From Proteromonas lacertae (lineage: Eukaryota), in contig NGBS01000302.1 of assembly GCA_002245135.1 (NCBI GenBank), positions 62,001 to 126,000 of the forward strand: a DNA stretch of 64,000 bases. Reading direction: 5' to 3'. Positions 52,940 through 64,000 of the stretch are shown piece by piece. Positions within the stretch are counted from its first letter, which is position 1. Every line of letters starts with the position of its first letter. The notes under the pieces were generated by a model that saw nothing but the letters and a program-made list of their open reading frames with translations, did no database searches and was not told where the DNA came from. The translations under genes were made by a program, and so were the position numbers.

Positions 52940-55591
52940 ATGATAAAAACAAATAAAAGATCAGCTTTTTTTCCTGATCAAGATGAAGATTCAACAGATA
53001 CATCGATTTCAGTTCCAATTACTAACAGAAGCAATTATCGTTCAAGCAACACAACTGTATCAAAAGTTCCATATTATCCAACACCAACAACAAGGATAGT
53101 AAAGTCAAAAATATACAATAACACTGCTTTTAGCTTTCCCGCTGTTGATACAATCTTGTACAATACAGAACCAATTGTATAATAGAAATCTTATAAAATT
53201 GTATAGTCATCCAGATTCGTAATAAAATACAAAGATTATATCCCAGATGTACAAATAGAGCCAATTCTTTTCTCACATCTTATGAATTACAGTTCAAAGA
53301 ACAAATTTTATATGTCTGCAACAATTCAAGTAAATAGTATCTTATATTATTGTATCTATCTTAAAATATAGAAAAGCCATCTGTTAATTTCACTGCATAC
53401 AAAGAAAGAAAAGAAAATAATAACAGTTCAATACTTTGTAGTGTCTATAAAGTAGGAGGTATATATATATCAATAATAATAATAATAATCAATAGAATAT
53501 GCCAATATAAATGATATACTATTCTCAAAAGAAGAATTTGAAGAATCTTTAAAATCCGTAAGTAGTAACATCATCAATAGTGATTTAAAATATCCTTATG
53601 GTTTACCTTATTATTATACATTATTAAAAGTAAGTCATACTACTAACAAACTATGGTTACATTTCAATATAATCTATCCATCTTATACATTCTCTTATAC
53701 ACAAATTAAACCATTGAAATTGTACGATTGTCCATTATCTTCACAGTTATTAAAGAATAGTGTGTTTAATAATAGATCTGAGGAGTTATTTAATGGATAT
53801 TTAACTATGGATGCATCTAGACAAGTTGTTCCATTGAAGTATGATTCACCAACTACCTATGATTATCCATTAATTGGTATATGGATTGCTGTTACTGATT
53901 CTTCCATTATGACAAATTTATCACATCCATTTATAGCTAGTTTGTGTATAAAATACTTACAAGATACTAAAATTAAAGTATTATTATTGTTTTTATATTA
54001 TTATTATATATATATATATATATATAGGATAGAAGATTTACTAATAATTCTCACTTTTTAATGATTTTATTCAATTGTATTACAGGTAAGAAATCATATA
54101 AATGTTATGAGTGTATTCCATCAATGCAAGAATATGGATCAGATGCAATTCCCATGCAATATACACATTCAATTTATAATGTAGAAATAGACTACGATTC
54201 TATTAAAAACAATAATTATTATGATGATAATAAAAGCATAAAGTGTATTTGGGAAGAAAATAAGAATTATAGAGAAAGAGAATATTTTAGAGATACTCTA
54301 TTTAGATTACAAAATAATGATAAAATATTACCACCTTTACCTTATAATAATTCATTAGAAAATGATCATTATATATCACCAGCAATGATGGTAGAATTAC
54401 AGAAGAAGAAAATTCCATGTAAAGAAGAATTATCAATTGAAAGATATGAGAAATTAATAAGGAAAGAAAATGGATTAAAATCTAAATCAAACAGTGATTT
54501 GTATGGTGAAGATGAAGAATTAAACTTATCAATGAGTGAATCAATACCAAAACGAATAATGACAATATCTCCTGAAACTATATACAATGACAATAATAAT
54601 AATAATAATAATCCATTTAAGAATGCAAATGTAATCACAAAGATTAATGAAGAATCTACCTCTTTAAAATCACCAACATCACCACCTAAATCTGATATTA
54701 ATATGATAAGAACAATGGTTCAACATATGACTCCAGATACATCACCAACACGAAAGGAACAACAGAAGGAGAAGAAGAAGAAGAAGGATAAGGATGAAGA
54801 ACAATATGAAACACCATTTATACCAATAGAAACAAAGGAAGAAGAAGAAGAAGATGGTGATGAAGAAGATGATGGTGATGATGGTGATGAAATATATGGT
54901 ATTATAAATAATAATAAAAATATTGAAAATGATATAAATAAATCACCTCCATATGTTATTAATAATAAGAATGATAAAAATAGTCATAATCCTGAATCTT
55001 ATTATTTGGATTTGTTAAAGAAGAAAGATGAACAAATAGCACAAATTACAAGAGAATAATGAGAAGTTAATATCAGTAATATTAGGAAAGAAAGATATTG
55101 GATGTTTGGATATTAATACATTACAGACATTATTGAATAAAATGTTGGAGAAGAATATGAAGAAAGAGGATGAGAATAATGTTAGAATATTGAAAGAAGA
55201 ATCAATTCAAACTGATAATAATATCAATAGTGAAAAAGAGAATGTAAAAGAAGAAGAAGAAAAAGATGAGAATGAGGAAAAGAAGAAGAAGAAGTAGAAG
55301 ATAAAGTAAATAATACAAGTTCATTTTCATCAACATTTATATCTGAAGATAAATCACCTACAACTAAAGCATCAATAATTACACCACAATATCAATCACC
55401 TATCAGATTTTCAAAGCCAATTGTTCCATTGCCAATACAAAGAAGTAGTCCAGAAACAAGATCAGTTCATTTACAGTATATATTTATTATTATAATTATA
55501 TTATTATAGAATTCCTATTGATGATGATATTAGTGATACACCATCCTCTGGTGAAAGTTATTTACAAAGTGTATTGAATGAAGATATTTAA
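52940..55591 (+). CDS. STIL N-terminal domain protein (centriole duplication factor-like)
   Basis: GYLTMDASRQVVPL..D...YDYPLIGIWI...LCIKYL resembles the STIL_N core GFLTMDETRK...PLVGIW; low-complexity and coiled-coil C-terminus. Confidence 0.7.
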
Positions 55592-55697
55592 TATGTTTAA
55601 TGATTTATTTATTTTTTTATTTCAAAAAAAAAAAAAATAGAAAATCATTTAATAAAATCAGAAAAATTAACACATAATATCTTACATACTTTTTATT

Positions 55698-56578
55698 TCA
55701 ATCATTATGAGGATGTTCATTTCCTACATTTATCTCAACTCCTTCTTCTTCTTCTGGTATTGCTTGACCAAATAATTTCTTTACAAATCTCGGAGTTGGA
55801 ATAAACTCAGTAGTTTTCCATTTTCTTATTTTTGCCACTTTAGGTAATACATCCACAAAATAGTAATATATATGACCAGCACATATACCTACAATATCTG
55901 ATATAGCAGCACTGAAACTATATAATAAATAATATAAACATATGTATAATCAATACTTTCCTCCTGACATTATATAATCCATTAATATGAAAAACCATAC
56001 TAAATATGGAGCTGTAAATGTTAATACACCGAAGAAATTCAATCTTACCCATGGATTTCTCCTCCCCCACACATATCTATTGATATATAATAAGAAAATT
56101 GAGAACATACATAATCATCTCGATTAAACATGGACCCATGAATAATAATCCTTTTATATATCCACATATCTATAAGATGATATGAATGATCAATATATAC
56201 TGAGATAAATATCATTCCTAGAAAGATCATATAAACAAAATCACCAGTTTTACCTAAGAATGAACTTTCTTCAAGATATCGGAAATGACGAACTAGATAA
56301 TACATTTGAAATAAATAATTCAATCCAAAATCACCAAAATAGCAAAAGTTAGTGATTAACCTCCAAAACTACAAATTATCATAACAATAAATACTTCATA
56401 GTTATGTATTATCCTATCTGGATTGAAATAAACGGTATATGGAGTGATTATTTGAGCTAATTACATATTAAGAGAATAACATACCTGTACATAGCGCAGT
56501 TACTAGTAGAGATGCAGAAAAATACGTCCTCGTAACAACAGGAATATCATAGTAAAATTCTAGTGGATTAGCATTCAT
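55698..56578 (-). CDS. Derlin (ERAD rhomboid pseudoprotease, Derlin-2-like)
   Basis: [52 protein letters not shown]. Confidence 0.93.
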
Positions 56579-56937
56579 TTTTGAGAAAAAAAAAATAAAA
56601 GAAGTCGAGCTTTATATCGAGCTTTTACATAATTTAAGAAATTTAAGTGGAACAAGCGTTTTTATTATAAAATAAAACCTTTGTTGAATTTTGATTTTTT
56701 CATATGCATTTGTCACAATAATGTTGACTTATTGTACACCAAATCTTTAAGCTTTAAAGAAAAAATCCAACCATATGAAAAATAATCGCAATTTATGAAT
56801 AATTAAAATATTATCATTCTATATCAACTATTAAATCACTTTTTTGAAAATTATGCCACGATCTGAGTCAAGTATACATTTTGCTAATTTCAAAATAGAT
56901 TCAAATTTCATTTTTAAAAAATCTTTATTTTTCCAGT

Positions 56938-59047
56938 ATGCCGTCTGTCCTGTGCTTATCTGTTGGTGATAATTTAGTATATAATCACATTATAATACTT
57001 TTTTAAAATAGACTGAAATTAGCCCTGACGTGCCATATATTGTATTATTTGAAGTTATATTCAATAGGTGACAGGAATAATTCCTAGTGATAGGAACAGT
57101 TATACAATTCGTGGTATAAACAACAACTATAATAGCTACATGAAAGTAATTAGCTTAAAAGGCATTCCAAGTGATAATATTGAGAGATTTGTATAACTTT
57201 TGCACAATCATATTTTTTTAAATTTATATAGAACTATGATCATACGAAATACTTGAGTGATTTAAATCATTTTGATGAAGAAAGAGCATATCATTTAGCA
57301 TCATTGCAAGTAATGTTCCTTATAATTCCTCACTATTGCCCTACGTTAAGAAACATGAATTTCGATTACATTCACAATAGAAGAAATGAGATATTACAAG
57401 GAGTTGCAGAATGTATTATGGAATTAAATTGTCAAAATTTATGTCATGGAAGATTAAATCTCAACAATATAACTATACATGAAGAAAACAACAATCATTA
57501 TTACAAATTAAAGAATTATGGTTTAAACACAATATGTTATATTGATGATCTAAACTACGATGATTATACATTCTTAGCACCTGAAGTAATATTTGGTAAA
57601 GAATACAATATATGTGGTGATATATGGAGTTTTGGATGTTTATTTTACACTTTAATTACAGGTAGAAGGTTATTCCATTCTGCATCAATTCAGAGGGTTG
57701 GTATATAAAATATCAAAGTGCGATTATGCTATTTCACCGAATGAATGTAATGAAAAAGAAAAACGATTTATAGAAATGACAGTAAGAAAGCATACAAATG
57801 AAAGATTAGACTGTGAAAAAATAATGGAAGAATTAGAGAAATTGAAGGTAGAGAAATTTGAAGCTGATAGTGATGATATAACTATCGATTATATTAAACA
57901 AATGGCTGAACATAATGTACCAATCACTGATTATAAAAGACTAGCCGTTATAGGTCAAACCAAAGATTTGTTAGAAGAAGTAATATCTCTATTTAACAGT
58001 ATTGAAGATGATGATGATAGTGTAAAGAGATATTTATTATTTTTGTTAATTAACATGTCATTATTACCTATTTATTATGATAATATTGTGAAATCGATTA
58101 AATTGAATGATGAAACAACTTCTCAAGTGTTATTCAACTCAGTGGAAACTATTACTTCTAAGAAGAATAATGATGGTACTCAATACATAAGTCCAGCAAC
58201 AATAACGTTAAACTGTAAAGAAAGAGAAAATGGTTTACAGTTATTAAAAGTATTTTGCAATGGTTTACCTTCCTGCAGTAATCTCCAATCATTAGAAGTG
58301 AGTAGTAATGATATATCAGATCCAATATTGAAATATATTGGTGCAAGTTTAGATTGGGAAAAATTGAGAAAATTACGAGAAATTAACTTGAAAGGTAATC
58401 AAATCAGTAGTTCAGCTATGAAGATATTCTGTGATTATTTAATACCTCGTCCATCTAAACATAATCCAGGTGAAAAACCAGAACCAACATACATTGATGA
58501 GTTAAAGACATTATATTTAGAAATGAACAACATTGGTGATTTAGGCGTACAATATTTAACCTCACGATTCCCAGTATTAATTAACTTAGAAGAATTATTA
58601 TTAGGAAATAATAATATTACTGATATTGGTTTACATTCAATCTCTAAGAATTTGAAGTATTTAATTCACTTAACAAAACTCACTATTGGCTGTAATAGTC
58701 AGATTACGAATAATGGAGTAATTAATTTATTAAACCATTTACATCACTGTCCATATATTAACACTCTCTTCTTAAATGGACAATCTTTAAATGATGTTGT
58801 TATTGATAATTTGGTTGAACATTTGATTAGTAGAGTTAATGCATTTTTAAGTTATTTGATATTGAATAATAATGGTATTACTGATACTGGTGCTATGAAA
58901 TTGATTAAATGTTTAGGTGATACAAGACAGAAGAGTTGTTGTGATAGATTAGCCATATTGGATTTGAATCAGAATAAGATTAATAAGAAAGATGATATTT
59001 TGAGTTATTTTAATGATGGTAAAGCTTGGTATCAATTGACTTTGTAA
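56938..59047 (+). CDS. Pseudokinase plus RI-type LRR protein
   Basis: CHGRLNLNNI, KNYGL, FLAPEV, DIWSFG; LRRs 58260-58990. Confidence 0.8.
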
Positions 59048-59156
59048 AGGGAAATGATACATATATTATATTATACTTATATTATTATTAATTTGTTTTG
59101 TTTTTGTTTTAAAACAGTAAAATAATAGGAAAAAACACTCTTAATAATTAGTTAGA

Positions 59157-59776
59157 TTAGATAGGTTCTGTTAATTTCATAGTTTTCAACATTTTCTTCA
59201 AATCATTCTCATTCTTTGTCTCTAGAATGAGCTCCTTTATTTTTGGATAATTCTCTGGACTTTGCTTAATACATTCTCTCTATTCAACATTATATATAAC
59301 AATACAAGTAATAAGCTCAACGCTTTTTCACTAATTAAGTCTAATCCAATTTCCTTGTTGGTTAATTCTTTCACTATGTCTTTTTGTTTGTCTGTTTGTA
59401 CTATTCTTTGGTAAAATAAATACGTCAAAGTCTCTGGTTGTTTAATTGTTCCTTTTAATGAAACTTCCTTTCAATTTATTTATATTTTCTTCTACATTGT
59501 TACTAAATAATAAATATAACAATATCAATTGAAATACTTCAACAAATATTCAAAAATAAATCTTCTTCTTGGCTGCGGATCTGGTAGTTTGATTTTTGAA
59601 TCAAATAATGATTGGTACTATTTTATTGTATATAACATAAATCAAATACTCTGCTAGTTTCTTTAATCTTTGGTTGAATTGATTGTTCTGCAATTTCAGA
59701 TGCAAAATAACGCAAATTTGATTTTGTTACACATAACAATTTATTTATTCTATTTCACTTTTGATATAAAATTCAT
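59157..59776 (-). CDS. Hypothetical protein with possible mitochondrial presequence
   Basis: MNFISKVNRINKLLCVTKSNLRYFAS after one single-base correction; GT-AG introns. Confidence 0.45.
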
Positions 59777-59842
59777 CTGTTCCAATTTAAAATAAAAAAT
59801 ATTCGTTTAGTTTTGAAAAAGTATCGTTTTTAGTTTTTCTAA

Positions 59843-61247
59843 ATGTCTAAAAGAAATCAAGGATATGGGGAAGTTGGAACAGGTTCAAGACCATATGTAC
59901 AAACTGGACAAAGAGGTACTCCAACTTCAAGGTCATTTACAAGTCAATCTACTCACAATTCCCCTAGTTCTTTAAATTCAGCAAATTCTATCTATTTAAA
60001 TGCCCCTTACAAAGTTAAACAAATGCCAAAACCAGATTCAAAGTGTATTTCCATTTATAGCGACTCAGAGCCAGTAACTCAGCCAAATGAATATGGAGTG
60101 ATATGCGATAGTAGAGTTTGCGAAAATGGTTTTTCATTGAAAGATCAACATGAAGAAGTAAAAGCTGAGAATGAAGAAGCAAATGAAAAATCAGAATATT
60201 CATATTATACAAATGGTAAAGTATCAGGTTTGGATTGTGAAATTCATTGTCATATTCGAACTACATTAGGTTTATTTATTAAAGTAAATGTTTGTCCAAA
60301 TAGAACAAAGATAATTCACGAATTACTATTAGCACCATCAGATTTAGATCATTTACGAATATTAGATAAATGCATGAAAGAAGAAAGTGATGAAGAAGAA
60401 AATGGAGGAAATAATAATAATAATAATAATGAAAATGAAAATAGTAATAGAAATAGTGAAACAAAGAATAATCGGGTTGATTTTGCTGTACAAACTGGAA
60501 TGGAGGAGGAAGAAGATAAAGAAGAAAATGAAGAAAGAAGGAAAGATAATAACAATGATGAAATAGCACCAACAGTAGAAACAGAAGAACAAGAAGAAGA
60601 AAGAGAAAGAAGTGAAGAAGAAAATAATCAAAATCAAAATCAGAATCAGAAATTAGATTATGATAAATTATGTGAATATATATCAAAGTGTTTAGTATTT
60701 AATGCAAAAGGACATCTTGTATGTGTTGCTTATTCAGATGAAGTTAGTGAAACGGTATAATTTGTATTATTTTTATTCTTAAAAATAGAGAAAAAGACAA
60801 GAAGCTTTAATGAATGAAGTTGAACCAATTAAACAATTAACAGTAAAGACGAAAAAGACAACTACTACTAGAACAACTTCAAAACAATTATATAATACAC
60901 TTTCTTCTACTAAATTGTATGATGATCCAAAACCAAAGAAGAAAGATAAATCTCAATTCTTTTTTGCTGGTAGTAAATGTAGTCCAACTAAAAGATTTTT
61001 GGATGAATTTCAATATCAGTATGATCGTTTAGATTATATCATGAATGCACCACATCCTGTTGCACAGAAAGATGAAGCTTTGAATATGAAAAGAGAAGCA
61101 CCAGGACCTGCCTTTAAAATATATTCAACAAAAAACACAGGTAGAAAGAGTAAAATGTCTACAGTTGCCAGTAGAAGGAGTAGTATTCTTGAAAGAAGAG
61201 AAAGTACAATGAAGAATCAAAGTGTTAGTTCATTACCGCCTATTTAA
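59843..61247 (+). CDS. Hypothetical protein with acidic/Asn-rich insert
   Basis: 305-aa and 145-aa ORFs joined by a GT-AG intron at about 60755-60788. Confidence 0.65.
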
Positions 61248-61404
61248 TTTAGTTCTTTGTTTTTAACATATTTTTGGTATTTAATAATCAATGGTTGATT
61301 CAAAAAATTATAAAAAAGAAAAAAGAATGAGCTTGAACATCCAAGCCTGTCAATTACATAGATTACCAACCAATAATTTTTTTCAAAAACAACGTAAGTC
61401 AAAT

Positions 61405-62758
61405 ATGAAGGTTATACTGTTATCTGTGTTCATATATATTGTTTCTACTTCATGTCCAAATCTATGTAGTCGTCATGGAAGCTGTTCTTCCAATGGTTTG
61501 TGTAATTGTTACCCAGGATGGACTGAAGGCGATTGTTCAGGTCGTATATAGTTTCAAAAATTCTATTTTGCTAGGTACATGTCCTTTTGGTGAACCATAT
61601 GCTGATACACAAGAACATAGTGAAGATCGTTACATTGAGTGTAGTGGTCAAGGAAACTGTGATAGAACAACAGGCTTATGTGAATGCTTTGATGGATTTG
61701 GAGGAAGTGCATGTCATCGTACTTTATGTGAAAATAACTGTAATGGTCATGGTTTATGTTTACCAGTTAATCATATCGGAATTAACAATGACAATTATTT
61801 AAACAACTATTATTATTACACAGGTAAAATGGTTAATGCTAAATATGAGAGTTGGGACAAAGATCAAAGTTATCAATGTGTATGTGATGAAGAATATACA
61901 GGATATGATTGCAGTTTAAAGAAATGTGCAACAGGATATAAACAAACAAGTGATTGTGATGCTCCAGCTGAATATTATCAAAAAATTGCATTTATGGGAA
62001 AAGAAAATCCAACATGTCCAAACACTGATAATAATAAAGGTTCAGGTGATGATAAAGCTTCCTTTTTAATGTCTGGTTGCTTAGCTTATGCCAAATATAT
62101 GGATCAATTCAATAGAACATGGATAACTAAACCATTTAATATATTTAAAGGATTTAAAAGTAATGATTTAGAAAATTATGTTAATAGAATATGTGCTGAT
62201 AAAGATGAAACATGGAATAAAGAATTAAAAGATTTCCCATCATTAGAACAAGCATTAAAGATGTTACCACCAGGTACAATTGATGTAAAATCAGTTAAAG
62301 TTCAACCACCAGAAACTGTAAAAACATCATTTACAATAACAATAGAATATGGAAAACAACAAACAGGAAGACAACAACCAATACAAATATTAACAAGAAA
62401 AGACTTAACATTTGATTGTATAAAGAATCTATTAGAACCAATTCCATCATACTTCACAGATAAAGAAGATAAGTGTATTTCAGATAATTGTAAAGATACA
62501 GATAAATGTGAAGAAATAACAGTTGATAAATCTGATGATCAGTCTTGGTGGAAAAGAAATATAAAAACACCATTGACTGATAACAAATCTGATTATATAA
62601 CCTATTTAGAGAATGTAATATTTAATAATGTAGATACTGTATATGTTCCTCCATTAGAATGTGCTAATAATGGATTATGCAATAGAGAGACAGGATTATG
62701 TGAATGTTTCACTGGATATTATGGATTAGCCTGTACTGAAGCTTCTCCAATTCAGTAA
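61405..62758 (+). CDS. Secreted EGF/tenascin-repeat protein of the tubular mastigoneme (Ocm1/Sig1-like) type
   Basis: Signal peptide, CPNLCSRHGSC, ECSGQGNCDRTTGLCECFDGFGGSAC, WD...CVCD..YTGYDCS and a terminal ECANNGLCNRETGLCECFTGY EGF. Confidence 0.75.
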
Positions 62759-62891
62759 TTAATCTTAATTATATATTATTATTTTTAAATTTTTGATTAT
62801 TTGAGAATAATAACATCAACATTAGTTAATTATATAATATTTAATCCTATTTATTAACCATTCTATTATATTAATTAATTAATCTATCAAA

Positions 62892-64000
62892 TTAAGTATC
62901 ATTTTCAAAAGGAGATGAATTATGAGGAGATTTCACTTCATTTGAACTGTATTTTTCATTCCTAATCGATCCATAACTACTAATATTTACATCAATTGGA
63001 AAACTATTACAAGATGGAGGATTACATATAATCTTTTTATATGTAAATAATATTGATGAATTCTTATTATTTATTGTATTATGATTACTCAATATCGTAT
63101 TTTCACCTTTACTATTTCTCATCGTATAACTTCGTTCACTTAAATTAATAGGAAGTAAAGAAGAGTGTGATCTTTGAGAATATCCATATTTCTGTCTAAT
63201 CATAAACACTACATCTTCTATATCTTTATTCTTAGGATGTAATAGTGTATAATCGGCATAATAATAAGGTGGTCTATGTAAGATGTGTTTATCATAAAAT
63301 CGAGTCATACATGACTCTGTATAATTCACTGTATCTTCATGATTAGAACTATTGTGATAATAATAATACATCTTCTTCTTGATTATATTGTGATTTTTAG
63401 CACCTATTATCTTATTGATAAATTCACATCTTAAGAGTGTTAATGTGTTAGTGAAATATGGTGAATGTTGCATAAATTGTATAAATACTTTTATCTGATA
63501 TGTATCTGATTTGCAGTTTGGAATTGCATTTTGTGAATTCTTTAATAATAATAACAATGTGTTCATATCCTTTCTGTCTATATTAAAACTTCGATAAAAT
63601 GATTCTATTTGTGCCTATTAATTTTATATATAATATTGTATATATATACTCTAGTAATGATTAAATGACTATGAATATGGCACAGAGATAAAAGTAATGA
63701 CAATATATGCGAATCATCAATAAACAGGAAGAAACATGAAAATAAAAAGAAACTATCAAAACTAATACAATCTATAACAGAATAAATGAATTGTGTATAA
63801 TCTATATACTTTCTCTCTGAAAATAACTTCTCACAAAACCAGTAAAAGATGAATCTATTAAAGCTTCTAAATTACTTCTCGAAACATAAGCCACTGTTGT
63901 ATCATTACTCCACAACATCAGATATGTTGCCTGAAATATTTTCACTTCGTATATATTCACTATTGTTATTATAGATATTAGTTTATTTATACAAAATAAG
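62892..64000 (-). CDS. 3' part of an unidentified spliced gene entering from the right edge (includes a hydrophobic segment)
   Basis: 224-aa ORF plus upstream exons bounded by GT-AG introns. Confidence 0.5.

Noticed and set aside
55698..56578. Minor intron in Derlin
   Set aside because: The introns I traced are ordinary GT-AG without ATCYTT donors
60279..60686. Hydrophobic minus-strand ORFs
   Set aside because: Antisense shadows of a Glu/Asn low-complexity coding tract
1..64000. Stop-codon reassignment or polyadenylation-created stop codons
   Set aside because: Long conserved ORFs translate with the standard code, and the gene ends I traced have genomic TAA, TAG or TGA

Overview
Gene-dense, very AT-rich eukaryotic nuclear DNA with about 27 spliced protein-coding genes, mostly 27-40 nt GT-AG introns and head-to-head intergenic spacers as short as about 65 bp. 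A tubular-mastigoneme-type EGF protein, a PKD/RyR-domain channel and the tiny introns suggest a stramenopile, probably Opalinata-like (Blastocystis/Proteromonas); this is an inference. Recognisable genes: RNA Pol I subunit RPA2, dynactin p62, IQUB, RPF1, an Snf7/ESCRT-III protein, a divergent Prp18, Y14/RBM8A, PRP19, PARP1, ING, TMEM199/Vma12, PDX2, an M28/ERMP1-like protein, GatB, RMC1/Mic1, a PPR protein, a STIL-N protein, Derlin and three modular LRR genes. Highlights: (1) a 7 kb channel gene fusing a catalytically dead nicotinamidase domain, ankyrins, a UBR-box-like Zn finger, two RyR repeats and a PKD/TRP pore, directly downstream of PARP1; (2) RPA2 introns hosting three U14 snoRNAs plus other snoRNA candidates; (3) at least five U12-type introns with a variant ATATCTTT donor and AT-AC, AT-AG or AT-AA ends; (4) a recurrent TCRARC motif upstream of start codons. 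Many genes have single-base insertions that look like assembly errors, so gene boundaries are hand-spliced estimates.
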